Source: Candidatus Obscuribacteraceae bacterium (GTDB taxonomy: Bacteria; Cyanobacteriota; Vampirovibrionia; Obscuribacterales; Obscuribacteraceae). From it: a stretch of DNA of 64,000 nt. Where the stretch lies: positions 160,001 to 224,000 of the forward strand of contig JBGASG010000001.1 of assembly GCA_044229845.1 (NCBI GenBank). The letters run 5' to 3'. Shown piece after piece: positions 26,705 to 36,727 of the stretch. The first letter of the stretch is position 1, and each line of letters opens with the position of its first letter. A program made the position numbers and the translations under genes. Below the pieces are notes generated by a model, which was not told the origin of the DNA, made no database searches, and was given only the letters and a program-made list of their open reading frames with translations.

Positions 26705-26746
26705 CCCTTAGTGAAAATCAACACTTCTGTTGATTTTCACTAAGGG
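26705..26746. repeat. Perfect 19-bp inverted repeat between convergent genes
   Basis: CCCTTAGTGAAAATCAACA-CTTC-TGTTGATTTTCACTAAGGG. Confidence 0.9.
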
Positions 26747-26780
26747 AGAACAGGGGACTACCCGGACTGACTCTAGTCGG

Positions 26781-27299
26781 CTACTGGCTCTGAAAATAGG
26801 TCTTTTTCAGGAGCGCGACGTCGGGATTGCGCGAGAGTTTGCGTAAATCCGTCCAGCGCAAAATCGCCAGCACCAGACCAGTTGTTGATGTGACAGCGAT
26901 GGCAGCGATGAATATCGGATGCGGGATGCCCAGCTGAATTTTGATCAGCGTAGGATTGACGAGCGCCATCATGCCGAAAAGAAACGGAATGCCTTGCAGG
27001 GCGATTTGCACGCGGGGCACATCCTGTGTGGGCAGACCTTGTTTGGTGAGAAACGGCGGCAGCATGCGGTGAGCGAGAAAAGCGGTGAAGCAAAAACTGA
27101 TCGCGATACCCCAGCCGACCATGCCGAAACTCTTGTCGCATAGCAGCACCGGAGGAAAAAACAGCAGGAACAGCGACCAGGCGAACTTACTCTGCAGGCG
27201 CCAGAGTTGCGACCGCAGTTGTTTCAACTCATCCGATTCAGCGGGTTCGGTAGTCTCTTCAGTTTCTTCCAGGGCGGCTGGTGGCGTTTCTTCACCCAT
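26781..27299 (-). CDS. Hypothetical membrane protein (about 4 TM)
   Basis: Acidic N-terminus then hydrophobic helices; the start MGEETPP lies just after the HD gene stop. Confidence 0.65.
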   Translation of the reverse strand: MGEETPPAALEETEETTEPAESDELKQLRSQLWRLQSKFAWSLFLLFFPPVLLCDKSFGMVGWGIAISFCFTAFLAHRMLPPFLTKQGLPTQDVPRVQIALQGIPFLFGMMALVNPTLIKIQLGIPHPIFIAAIAVTSTTGLVLAILRWTDLRKLSRNPDVALLKKTYFQSQ

Positions 27300-27307
27300 G
27301 ATAATGC

Positions 27308-29632
27308 TTATCCGCAGCAACCGTCCGGCGGATGCACCAGGCCGTCGATGATATCGGCATTGGTGGCAGTCTGGGGTTGACCGCCGCCGTTACTAGATTC
27401 CGACTGGGCGGCACTGTCTTGTGATACCACTTCCGGTGACTCGTCTTTGGCTTGCGCGCTGGGACTGGGGGTGACTTTCTGTCCGCCCGAGACGGCTTGT
27501 TGCCCGCCCGAAATAGCCTGGCGTCCGCCGGAGATGCGCTGCTTGCCTGAGGACTCCTGATTCTCCGCTGCCGGCGGTGGCGGCACAGGCATGCGCCCGG
27601 TGGTCGTGGACGGATACTTGAGACGGTCGTGGTGCAAGGTTCTCCAGACGCGTACGAAGGCTTTGCGCACTTTGTCCAATTCGTCGTGGGTCAAAGATGA
27701 TTCATTGAATTGACCATCATCCCAGCGTGCCTTGAAGACGTTGGCCATCGCCTGTTCGACTTCTTCCTGGGATGGATCCTTCATGCTGTGCGTCACCGCT
27801 TCCGACACGTCGGCCAGCATGACGATGGCTGATTCGCGTGTCTGCGGCTTCGGTCCGGGATACCGGTAGTCCATTTCGTCTACCTTATCTTTGCCGTCGC
27901 GCATGCACGCCTTGTGATAGAAGTAAGCCATGATTGTGGTGCCCTGGTGTTCCGGAATGAACGCCTGCACCTGATCGGGCAAACCGTATTTCTGGGCCAG
28001 CTCGAGTCCGTTGGTGACGTGCGCCAGCACGCGTGCACGGCTCTCTTCCGGGGGAATGAAGTCGTGCGGGTTCTTATCGCCCAGCTGATTCTCGATGAAG
28101 AAACGCGGCGTCACCATCTTGCCGATATCGTGGTAGATGGCACCGGCACGCACGAGATTGACGTTGCAGCCGATGGCGCGTGCTCCGGCTTCGGCGAGGT
28201 TCGCCACCGCCAGGCTGTGCTGGTAAGTGCCCGGCGCGTTTTCTTCTAGTTGGCGCAAGAGCGGGTGATCCGCAGCTGTCAGCTCGGCAATACGGAACGG
28301 TGTCAGCATGCCAAACAAGCTTTCCAGAAACGGCAACGAGCCCATAGCCACAATAGCGGAGGACAGTCCGCCCAGCACTTGCAATGCCAGTTCGCTGCCG
28401 AAATTGATCGGCGTGTCGGGCATCTTGCCCAGTATGACGGCTGTGAAATAACCGATTGCCTGCACCAGACCGATCAGGAAACCAGCCACCATCAGATCTC
28501 TTCGCTTGTTGATTTTGTTGGCCAGAGCCATCGCTGATGCGGCAGTGAGCGCCACCAGATGAGGTCCTTCGATAACGTCGCCTAGAGAAAGGAAGATGAT
28601 CAGAAGGGTCGTCAAAATCAGCGCCAGTCGCCGACCGAATATGACCGACAAAACCAGTGCCGTGGCTGGCAACGGGATAAACTGCGGATACTGCTGACCG
28701 GCGAAGGTGGCGATGCCGCAGGTCACCACGCAAACAGTGGACATCAATCCGATTGCGGACGGCGAGAAGAACCACTTCTGTTCGAATGTATGGAGGTAGA
28801 TGCCGAACAAACCGAAGGCCGCCAGCAAGGCTGCCGCGATACCGGCGATGGTGCTCCAGTCCTGTACCTTGGTGATGCCGAGTTTGCTCAAAACTTCGAA
28901 TTGCATCGGCGTGATCGGCTCGCCGCGTTTGGCGATTACGGTACCTGCTTCGACTTCTTTTGTGACGGGTTTGGCTTCGGACAGCGCCTTCTCGACTTTG
29001 GCGCGGGTTGCTTCGTCGTTGATGACGATATTGGCATCAAGGACTTTGGTGGACACCAGTGCTGAGCTTTCTTTGCGCACCGCCGCCGGCCATTTTTCGG
29101 GAAGAAACTCTGCAAAGTTGTTGGCTAGCCGCTCTGCATGCGAGCCAGGATAGATGGTTGCCGAACCCAGAAATCTTTTGGTGGCAGATTGCAACTCGGA
29201 AGACCAGCCGCCCAGATCAGCGGGTTTGAGGTCGCGGGCGAGCATCTTGATGCTGGAAAGTTCCATCTGATCGTCGAGTTTCACCGAGCCGGGTTGGCTT
29301 TGTTCTTGTTTCACCAGCTCGATTTCTTTGCGCAGGCGCTCCAGCATCTGATCGTCGCGCTGAGCACTGTGTTCAAATACGGGCAGAGTGTGCCGGCGTA
29401 TTTGATCTTGCTGTTCGTGGGTGAGTTTTTCGTCCACGACCTCGACTTTGCCGGTTGACACCAGGTCGAAGGGCGCGATGGTTCCGGGCTTGAGCGGCAA
29501 TCCGATAAGGTGCGGCGCCGAGAGCGAGAAAATCACAGCAATGAAACTGACGACCACGACAGAAACCCACAGGAAAATTTCTCCCATAGAGAAGGAAGTT
29601 TCCTTGAAGTGGGTTTTGTGGTGAGGTGCCAT
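27308..29632 (-). CDS. 7TM-HD (HDIG) phosphohydrolase, PgpH-like
   Basis: Extracytoplasmic domain, 7TM region, APGTYQHS, YHDIGK, EHQGT, YRYPGPKP and MLAD. Confidence 0.92.
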   Translation of the reverse strand: MAPHHKTHFKETSFSMGEIFLWVSVVVVSFIAVIFSLSAPHLIGLPLKPGTIAPFDLVSTGKVEVVDEKLTHEQQDQIRRHTLPVFEHSAQRDDQMLERLRKEIELVKQEQSQPGSVKLDDQMELSSIKMLARDLKPADLGGWSSELQSATKRFLGSATIYPGSHAERLANNFAEFLPEKWPAAVRKESSALVSTKVLDANIVINDEATRAKVEKALSEAKPVTKEVEAGTVIAKRGEPITPMQFEVLSKLGITKVQDWSTIAGIAAALLAAFGLFGIYLHTFEQKWFFSPSAIGLMSTVCVVTCGIATFAGQQYPQFIPLPATALVLSVIFGRRLALILTTLLIIFLSLGDVIEGPHLVALTAASAMALANKINKRRDLMVAGFLIGLVQAIGYFTAVILGKMPDTPINFGSELALQVLGGLSSAIVAMGSLPFLESLFGMLTPFRIAELTAADHPLLRQLEENAPGTYQHSLAVANLAEAGARAIGCNVNLVRAGAIYHDIGKMVTPRFFIENQLGDKNPHDFIPPEESRARVLAHVTNGLELAQKYGLPDQVQAFIPEHQGTTIMAYFYHKACMRDGKDKVDEMDYRYPGPKPQTRESAIVMLADVSEAVTHSMKDPSQEEVEQAMANVFKARWDDGQFNESSLTHDELDKVRKAFVRVWRTLHHDRLKYPSTTTGRMPVPPPPAAENQESSGKQRISGGRQAISGGQQAVSGGQKVTPSPSAQAKDESPEVVSQDSAAQSESSNGGGQPQTATNADIIDGLVHPPDGCCG

Positions 29633-29671
29633 TGTCCTGGTGACCGCAGCGCTTAGGACTGCGCTTGACGG

Positions 29672-30733
29672 TTAACTACCTTTGATTTTTGATTCTGCTG
29701 TCAGTTCTTGTCCGGTTACTTGCCCGCGAATGTCGCTGGGTGTTTCGTCTTCAGGATAAAAGTCGCTTTCCGTAGTATTTAGTGCCGTTCTGACCACATA
29801 AATTCGTTTACCCTGGGACTCATGATAGGTACGCATGTTAATTTCGGCAAGCAACCCCATCAAGATAAATTGTACGCCCAGCATAAAGAACATTGTGACC
29901 AAGACGGGCAGCGGGGTTTCGATGAAGGTCGTGTGATAGAACGCCTTCAGGATGATCATCCAGGCGAAACCGGCTATGGCAGCCGCAAACGACCAGAGTC
30001 CAGCCATGCCGAACACGTGAATCGGCTTGGTTGAGTACGCGGAGAGGAATTTCACGACAATCAGGTCGAGAACCACCTTAAACGTCCGCGAGATGCCGTA
30101 TTTGGAGACTCCGAATTGACGCGCATAGTGGCTGACGGGAATTTCGGTGACCCGGGCGCCCATCCAGGTGGCGTAAATCGGCACGAAACGGTGCATTTCT
30201 CCATAAAGCTTGATGTCCTTGATCACCTCGCGGCGGTAAGCCTTCAGACTGCATCCATAGTCGTGCAGGGGCACTCCGCTGATGATCGAGATGATTTTGT
30301 TGGCGGTCCAGGAGGGGATCAGGCGGGTGAAAAACTCGTCCTGGCGATCTTTGCGCCAGCCGCTCACCACGTCAAAACCCTCATCCAGCTTTTCGAGCAG
30401 GCGTTTGATGTCCACCGGGTCGTTTTGCAGGTCGGCGTCCATCGGGATAATCACCTGACCGACGGCATTATCGATACCGGCTGCCAGGGCGGCGGTCTGC
30501 CCGAAATTGCGTACGAAACGCACTACTTTAAACCGGCGCTCACGCTGCGCCATCTGTTCGAGCTTTTTGAACGAATTGTCGCGCGAGCCATCGTCGATAA
30601 AAATCACTTCCCACGGGCGATTGAGGCTGTTAAGGGAGGTGGTTAACTTATCCTGCAGCGAATCAAGACTGTCCTCTTCGTTGAAAACAGGGATGACGAC
30701 TGAGATTTCGGGATAGTAAGGTTGGCGCGGCAT
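29672..30733 (-). CDS. Glycosyltransferase family 2 (ArnC/GtrB-like polyprenol-phosphate glycosyltransferase)
   Basis: SVVIPVFNE, IDDGS.D, RNFGQ, MDADLQ and two C-terminal TM helices. Confidence 0.92.
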   Translation of the reverse strand: MPRQPYYPEISVVIPVFNEEDSLDSLQDKLTTSLNSLNRPWEVIFIDDGSRDNSFKKLEQMAQRERRFKVVRFVRNFGQTAALAAGIDNAVGQVIIPMDADLQNDPVDIKRLLEKLDEGFDVVSGWRKDRQDEFFTRLIPSWTANKIISIISGVPLHDYGCSLKAYRREVIKDIKLYGEMHRFVPIYATWMGARVTEIPVSHYARQFGVSKYGISRTFKVVLDLIVVKFLSAYSTKPIHVFGMAGLWSFAAAIAGFAWMIILKAFYHTTFIETPLPVLVTMFFMLGVQFILMGLLAEINMRTYHESQGKRIYVVRTALNTTESDFYPEDETPSDIRGQVTGQELTAESKIKGS

Positions 30734-30876
30734 GTTGTATATGCATTCTGCCCGAAAAGGCCTGTAGCCTCACCCACACGACTTCTGCATTTATTCTAAC
30801 CGCCGGTTGTGGGGCAGTGTGCCATTATAAAGAGCGCAAACCTAAGCCTGGGTTGCACCTACTTAACCTGAGCAGT

Positions 30877-32007
30877 ATGACGATCGTTCCAAGTTCATTC
30901 AATTCTTTCGGCAAAGAGCACAAAACGCCTGCCGATGGGGATGGCAGCTCTAAGCCCAGGCGGGCAGAAGTGCTGGCGCCGGCCGAAACTCCTTCGGATA
31001 AGAAAACCGATTCGTCTTTACGACCGCAAAGTATTGCGGAATATATCGGTCAGTCGCGCCTGAAGACCATGTTGAGTATGTCTATTGCGGCCGCTAAGGC
31101 CCGCAAGGAGCCTCTCGACCATCTGCTTTTCTACGGTCCTCCCGGTCTCGGAAAGACCACGCTGGCCAACGTCTTAGCCAACGAAATGGCTTCCAAGATT
31201 CATTTGGCTACAGGTCCCAGCCTGGAGCGTCCCCGCGACATCATCGGGCTTTTGAACCAGCTCGAGGCAGGCGATGTTCTGTTTATCGATGAAATTCACC
31301 GCCTCAACCGCATAGCGGAAGAGCTGCTCTATCCAGCTATGGAAGACTTCGTGATCGATCTGACGTCGGGCAAAGGGCACGCCACGCGCACGATGCGCCT
31401 GCCGCTGCCGAAGTTTACTTTGATTGGCGCCACTACTAAGGCCGCCATGTTGTCCAACGCCCTGCGCGACCGTTTTGGATTTGTGCAGCGCCTGGACTTT
31501 TACTCGCAAGAAGAGTTGGGCGAGATTGTTGCCCGCACCAGTACCATCCTCAGTCTGCAGGTCGACCGTGATGCCGTCGCATTAATTGCCGGACGGGCAC
31601 GCGGCACGCCGCGCATCGCCAACCGCCTCGTGCGTCTGGTGCGCGACTTCTCCCAGTACAAGGGACAGCAGATCGTCACTGCCGCCCTGGTTCTCGAAGC
31701 CATGGACACGTATCAGGTGGACGCGTTCGGGCTGGATCCCACCGATCGCCGATTGTTGGAGATTCTCATCGACAGTTATGCCGGAGGGCCGGTCGGCATC
31801 GATGCGTTGGCTGCGACTCTAGGAGAGGATTCCGATACTCTAGAGAGTGTTTACGAGCCGTATTTGATCCAGCGCGGTCTGATTCAGCGCACACCGCGCG
31901 GACGCATCGCCACGCCGGAGACCTACCGGCACCTGGGGCGCACCTGCCCGGCCATCCAACTAAATCTGGGCGGCACCATATTTGGAGGCGAGCCGGGCAG
32001 TGACTAG
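30877..32007 (+). CDS. ruvB: Holliday junction branch migration ATPase RuvB
   Basis: LRP, GPPGLGKTT, FIDEIHRL, LYPAMED, RGTPRIANRL and RTPRGR. Confidence 0.98.
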   Translation: MTIVPSSFNSFGKEHKTPADGDGSSKPRRAEVLAPAETPSDKKTDSSLRPQSIAEYIGQSRLKTMLSMSIAAAKARKEPLDHLLFYGPPGLGKTTLANVLANEMASKIHLATGPSLERPRDIIGLLNQLEAGDVLFIDEIHRLNRIAEELLYPAMEDFVIDLTSGKGHATRTMRLPLPKFTLIGATTKAAMLSNALRDRFGFVQRLDFYSQEELGEIVARTSTILSLQVDRDAVALIAGRARGTPRIANRLVRLVRDFSQYKGQQIVTAALVLEAMDTYQVDAFGLDPTDRRLLEILIDSYAGGPVGIDALAATLGEDSDTLESVYEPYLIQRGLIQRTPRGRIATPETYRHLGRTCPAIQLNLGGTIFGGEPGSD

Positions 32008-33226
32008 GCAACTTGTGCCGTTGTTTGCGTTTCTGCTGCTGGCTATGAGTATTGGCTCGGACAGCTGGGCGGCAGATCCCAAACAAGCAGGACAGGTGCA
32101 ACCGCCCGGCGAAGACACCTTTGCGGTGGCAAAAGTGCAGAGCGTTCAGGCTCCGCAACTCAATCAAGAGTTGCTGTCACGCACCGGCATGGTCAGCAAG
32201 AACCAGCGGGTGCAACTGGAAATTCAGGAAGGTCCCCTGAAAGGCAAGTCGGTGACCGTCGATAACCAGATGGGCGACAATCCGGCGTACAACGTCAACC
32301 CGGCGCCCGGCGATGAAGTGATTGTAGCCATTACTGAAAACGGCACGCCCAATGGTCAGCCCGAGATTAACATAGCCGACTTTCACCGGGTGCCACCACT
32401 TGCGGTGCTGTTTGCCATCTTCATGGCCGTCTATCTGTTTTTCGGCGGCACCAAAGGGCTGAAGTCGTTGATCGGTTTGGGAGTCGCTATCGCCCTGGTG
32501 GCTTTCATTCTCTTGCCGTGCAGTCTGCGCGGCATCGACCCGCTTTTGACGGCTGTCGGCATCTGCATCGTCGCCGCCGCCACCACTGTTTGTTTCGTCG
32601 CCGGGTTCGGCAAAAAAGCCATGGCGTCTTTGCTCGGCACCGCAGGTGGTGTGTTGATCGCCGGACTGGCATCGTTCATCACCATTCAAACCGCTCACTT
32701 AACCGGATTGGCCACTGAAGAAGTACAGATACTGCGCGGCTCTGTATTGCATCAACCACCACAGTTTTTCACCGGCTTGCTGGCTGCGTCCATGCTGATT
32801 GGCGCGTTGGGGGTAATAATGGACGTCGCCGTTTCTGTCGCTTCCGCCATGCAGGAAGTCAGTCTCGCCGATCGCAGCTTGAATGCAAAACAACTCTACG
32901 CAACTGGAATGAATGTCGGTCGCGACATTATGGGAACGATGACTTCCACGCTGATTCTGGCTTACGCAGGCAGCGCTCTGCCGCTTTTGATGCTGCTGTC
33001 CAACACCCCCAGCATTAAACTCTTCAATCTAGATCTGGTTGCCACCGAAGTTGCCGCCTCATTGACGGGCAGCATCGGGCTGGTTTGCACCATACCGCTG
33101 ACGGCATTTCTAGGTGCACGTTTCTTCTCTAACAATGTCAGCGATGGCGCTCTGGAAAAATTGGGTGAGCAGCCGGCTCCGGCTATGTCGTCGACGCGAG
33201 GATCACCGGAGTGTCTCGACGGGTAG
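32000..33226 (+). CDS. YibE/F family membrane protein
   Basis: GALGVIMDV, GMNVGRDIMGTM.STLILAY.G and GSIGLV..IPLTA. Confidence 0.9.
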   Translation: MTRQLVPLFAFLLLAMSIGSDSWAADPKQAGQVQPPGEDTFAVAKVQSVQAPQLNQELLSRTGMVSKNQRVQLEIQEGPLKGKSVTVDNQMGDNPAYNVNPAPGDEVIVAITENGTPNGQPEINIADFHRVPPLAVLFAIFMAVYLFFGGTKGLKSLIGLGVAIALVAFILLPCSLRGIDPLLTAVGICIVAAATTVCFVAGFGKKAMASLLGTAGGVLIAGLASFITIQTAHLTGLATEEVQILRGSVLHQPPQFFTGLLAASMLIGALGVIMDVAVSVASAMQEVSLADRSLNAKQLYATGMNVGRDIMGTMTSTLILAYAGSALPLLMLLSNTPSIKLFNLDLVATEVAASLTGSIGLVCTIPLTAFLGARFFSNNVSDGALEKLGEQPAPAMSSTRGSPECLDG

Positions 33227-34107
33227 TCTACGGCTGGAGCCTGTTCTTCGCGGCCGCGGTGGCGCTGATGGCGGGCGGCATCTGGTGGGCGTTGGGGCTG
33301 GCAACCGTGTCGGTCCTGGCCGGCAATGAATTCATCGGCTTGGTGCAAGCCAAGGGCATTCGTCCGTCGCCGCGCATTATTCGCGCCATGATCATCGCCT
33401 TCGTGGCGGTCGGAACTTTGCCGCAAGTGCCGGGATTGCACGTGACGTGGGACCCGCTGTTTGCCTTTCCACTGGTGGTTGTCGTTGGAGTTTGCGCTTC
33501 GTTTTTCCGCCTCTTATTCCGCGACCTCGATCCGCCTGCCACCATATCTGATATCGCCACCACTGTCCTCGGATTTCTCTATTGCGGGTTTATGCCCAGC
33601 CATCTGGCGCTTCTGCGCAATTTAATCGATCCCGGCATGCCGCTTCCCGCCAATCCGCTCTATCAGCCGGGCGTCGCTTATGTGTGGGTGACGCTGTTCA
33701 TTATTTTTGCCACGGATGTGTTTGCGTACTATGGCGGCAAACATTTCGGCAAACATTTGCTCTATCCGACCATCAGTCCGAAGAAAACTATCGAAGGCGC
33801 CATCTGTGGGCTCTTAGCGGCTGTTTTCTGGTCTACGGTAGTGGTCTACGTCGCCGACCACTACATATTTCAGCCACCCCCGTTTCATCTCCACATCTGG
33901 CAGGCGCCTTTAATGGGTCTCTTTGCTTCCATCGGCTGCCAACTGGGCGACTTATGCGAGTCACTGCTTAAGCGCGACGCCGGTGTTAAGGATTCGGGCA
34001 ATCTGATACCCGGGCACGGCGGCTTTCTAGATCGCGGCGACGGCTTAATCTTCGCGGGAGCCATCTGTTATTACTGGATCCGAATGTTTATGCTGCACCT
34101 GCTTTAG
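33211..34107 (+). CDS. cdsA: Phosphatidate cytidylyltransferase
   Basis: D..AY..G, ISPKKTIEG and GDL.ESLLKR..GVKDSG.LIPGHGG.LDR.D. Confidence 0.96.
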   Translation: MSRRVVYGWSLFFAAAVALMAGGIWWALGLATVSVLAGNEFIGLVQAKGIRPSPRIIRAMIIAFVAVGTLPQVPGLHVTWDPLFAFPLVVVVGVCASFFRLLFRDLDPPATISDIATTVLGFLYCGFMPSHLALLRNLIDPGMPLPANPLYQPGVAYVWVTLFIIFATDVFAYYGGKHFGKHLLYPTISPKKTIEGAICGLLAAVFWSTVVVYVADHYIFQPPPFHLHIWQAPLMGLFASIGCQLGDLCESLLKRDAGVKDSGNLIPGHGGFLDRGDGLIFAGAICYYWIRMFMLHLL

Positions 34108-34155
34108 GACAATCGCAGGTTGTCATTCGGGTATGATATATTTCTACCTACCTCT

Positions 34156-34245
34156 GGAGAGGTGGCTGAGTGGTCGAAAGCGGCTTCCTGCTAAGAAGTT
34201 GTATGGTCAAAAGCTGTACCGAGAGTTCGAATCTCTCCCTCTCCG
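34156..34245 (+). tRNA. tRNA-Ser(GCT)
   Basis: GGAGAGGTGGCTGAGTGGTCGAAAGC...CT-GCT-AA, long variable arm, GTTCGAATC...CCTCTCCG. Confidence 0.95.
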
Positions 34246-34257
34246 AATCTTGTTCTT

Positions 34258-34289
34258 AAGCCCGGCTCTCGCAGCCGGGCTTTTTATTT
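34258..34289 (+). terminator. Intrinsic terminator after tRNA-Ser
   Basis: AAGCCCGGCT-CTCGC-AGCCGGGCTT followed by a T-rich tail. Confidence 0.8.
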
Positions 34290-34988
34290 GTCGCGCGGAA
34301 ATTCGTAACCGAGGGTTCTCAGATACCAGAGCAGACCCTCGTAGAGTCCTATAGAAAGCAGCAGGACTCCGACCATTAGAATCCAGCCTTTCACTGATCT
34401 CTTGCCGTCCAGGTTCCTTTTCAGGAATTGGTTGGCTTTGGCTCCGAAAATCAGTGCAGCTGTGCCCATCGGCGCGCAGACAGCAAAGATTTTCACCAGC
34501 AGCGAGTTGATGGCAATTTCCTTTTCGTTTGCGTGCGCGAGCGTAATCGGCTCGACGATCCCAAAATACAATGTGAACGCTGCCACCAGAAGAATGACGA
34601 CACCGGCTCGTCTGTAGCCATCGAAGAAACTGTCCATCGCGCCTGGTTGGTAGCGCTCCGCGTGCCACTTGCCGCTGCGGGTGCCGGTGCTGCTGCCGAT
34701 CTGGCATTGCCCTGACAGCGCGCCGTCCGCTCCTATCGTGCCTTCGAAAACACTGCGCGGTACATCAGTGCGCGTTTGCTTGGTGAACTTTATGGCATCA
34801 CCGGTAACACTACCTGCAATCTCTCCAGTGATCACGATTGTCTCGATCATTTGACCGGTAACGGTTGAGCCGTCTTTAGTGTTGAACCGGACCTTGAAGT
34901 TATTTTTTCTGCCCGCCATCTGGTCTTCGATGGTCTGGTAGTAGCCGCGCCAGTGCCCATCTATTGGAGATTTGTTTTCGGAAGTCAT
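34284..34988 (-). CDS. Hypothetical protein, beta-rich N-domain plus 3 TM helices
   Basis: Start MTSENK; a G.W.G.Y beta-barrel-like segment; C-terminal hydrophobic helices. Confidence 0.7.
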   Translation of the reverse strand: MTSENKSPIDGHWRGYYQTIEDQMAGRKNNFKVRFNTKDGSTVTGQMIETIVITGEIAGSVTGDAIKFTKQTRTDVPRSVFEGTIGADGALSGQCQIGSSTGTRSGKWHAERYQPGAMDSFFDGYRRAGVVILLVAAFTLYFGIVEPITLAHANEKEIAINSLLVKIFAVCAPMGTAALIFGAKANQFLKRNLDGKRSVKGWILMVGVLLLSIGLYEGLLWYLRTLGYEFPRDK

Positions 34989-35010
34989 TTCTGTTGGCGT
35001 CTCGGATTTA

Positions 35011-35919
35011 TCACTGAACGTCGCGTGTGATCTGCACCAGTATGCCACCAATCACCACCAGTCCGATGCCGACGAAGCGCAGTTTATTGAACTTCTCTTT
35101 GAGAAAGACGATGGCGAAGAAATACATCAATAATGGATAGCAACCCGTAATTGTAATTACATAAGATGCGGACGCCAGCAGCAGGGCACCGAAATAGGCA
35201 TAGCGACCCACAGCCAGCGCTGCCCAGTTGAGAAACGTGTATGTCCATGCCGGCTTGTTCTTTAAGTCAATGGGTATCTTGCGCCAGCGACACCAGCCGA
35301 ACACCACGAAGAGAGTGGCGATTTCCCAGACTCGCTCGGCAAAGTACGCTTCTAAGGGAGTGGCGGTTTCAATCGCCTTTTTATCAAAGATTCCCCAGAC
35401 TCCCCAGGTGATTACACACACAACAATCAAAGCGATCAATTGCCAGCGTTCTTTGCCGGTAGGAAACGGCGCATCTCCGCCGGGCGATGCGCCTATCGCT
35501 CCGACGCCGGCAGCGATGCAAGCCGCGCCCAGCAGGCGGTCGACGACCAGTTTCTCACCGAGCAGCGGCACGGCGAGAAACTGCAAAATGAGCGGATACG
35601 CTGAGGTGATCCCGAGCACATAACTGGCTTCGGTTTTTGTCATGGACGCCATGTAGCACATGATCGCGACCGTCGAGAACAAGGCCCCCAGCGAGGTCCA
35701 GAACCAGGTCGATGGATGAATGTGCCAGTTGGGCTGGGTGAAATTGAGCAACAGATAAATGAGCGGAATGGAAACAACGCACCACATCGAATAGCGCAGC
35801 ACCACATCCGTATATTTCGCATTGTCCAGTGCCTTCTTGTCTAAGATTCCCCAGATGCTCCAGGAAGCCAGCGTTAAGAGCACATAGATGTTTAGCGTGT
35901 CGAAGGCGAAACTAGGCAT
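35011..35919 (-). CDS. EamA/DMT family transporter
   Basis: Two repeats of WG(I)..KKA...ASYV..IT..YPL......EK. Confidence 0.88.
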   Translation of the reverse strand: MPSFAFDTLNIYVLLTLASWSIWGILDKKALDNAKYTDVVLRYSMWCVVSIPLIYLLLNFTQPNWHIHPSTWFWTSLGALFSTVAIMCYMASMTKTEASYVLGITSAYPLILQFLAVPLLGEKLVVDRLLGAACIAAGVGAIGASPGGDAPFPTGKERWQLIALIVVCVITWGVWGIFDKKAIETATPLEAYFAERVWEIATLFVVFGWCRWRKIPIDLKNKPAWTYTFLNWAALAVGRYAYFGALLLASASYVITITGCYPLLMYFFAIVFLKEKFNKLRFVGIGLVVIGGILVQITRDVQ

Positions 35920-35937
35920 CCGGTATCACAGGTGGTA

Positions 35938-36558
35938 TCACTGACCGAGCGTCAGGACGGCCAGGTAAAACTTGCCTTCGTCGCGATACTCGCGCAAATG
36001 CAATTTGAATTCGTCGCACCAGATGTCCAGCTCGGCGCGGGTCGGCATGTGATGCGGCACCAGTTGCGGCTCGTACTCGTGCAGCTGGTCGACGAATCCG
36101 CGGCCGACCGGTTGGCTGATGATCACGCACCCGCTGCCGGTGAGAAATTGAGAAACGTATTCTAGAGTCGCTTTCGGGTCGAACATGTTGGCGAAACAAG
36201 CATTGAAAAAGATGGCATCGAACTTGCCGAGCGAGGACGGCAGTTCCGTCACATCGCCGAGTTGGAAGTTGACCTGCGGATAGCGCTCTTTTGCTTCAGC
36301 AATCATTTGTTGGCTGAGGTCGCAGGCGACGATGTTTTCCGGTTTAACGCCGGCAGCCAGCATAAATTTCAACAGCACTCCGGTGCCGGTGCCCACATCA
36401 AGCACTCGTGCGTTCGAGGTCAATTCGGCGGCTTCGACTACCAGTGCGGTTCGTTCCTCGACGTCTTCCGGAACCGGGCGCGTGAAGAACCCGACGTTCT
36501 TGTCAAAAAATTCTTTCTGGTAAGCCTGGTGTGCTTCTCTGGCTTTGCTGTCCGACAT
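35938..36558 (-). CDS. Class I SAM-dependent methyltransferase
   Basis: VLDVGTGTG, DLS..M and FDAIF. Confidence 0.9.
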   Translation of the reverse strand: MSDSKAREAHQAYQKEFFDKNVGFFTRPVPEDVEERTALVVEAAELTSNARVLDVGTGTGVLLKFMLAAGVKPENIVACDLSQQMIAEAKERYPQVNFQLGDVTELPSSLGKFDAIFFNACFANMFDPKATLEYVSQFLTGSGCVIISQPVGRGFVDQLHEYEPQLVPHHMPTRAELDIWCDEFKLHLREYRDEGKFYLAVLTLGQ

Positions 36559-36727
36559 GGGCGCTATCTATACGTTGACAAGATTAAAAGACCATTGCTG
36601 GCGAAGTCATTCTACATGTCCGCCAACGCAGTAAGGAGGACGCTTTTGCTAGGGTTAACCTACTTGGCGGGCGTCGACGAAACTTGATATGGTCAATCTA
36701 TATCCTCCAGTGGTGAGATGAATCGGT

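Noticed and set aside
17565..32007. ruvA and ruvB separated by about 12 kb on opposite strands
   Set aside because: Unlinked ruvA and ruvB are common in cyanobacteria-related genomes and are not evidence of a special system.
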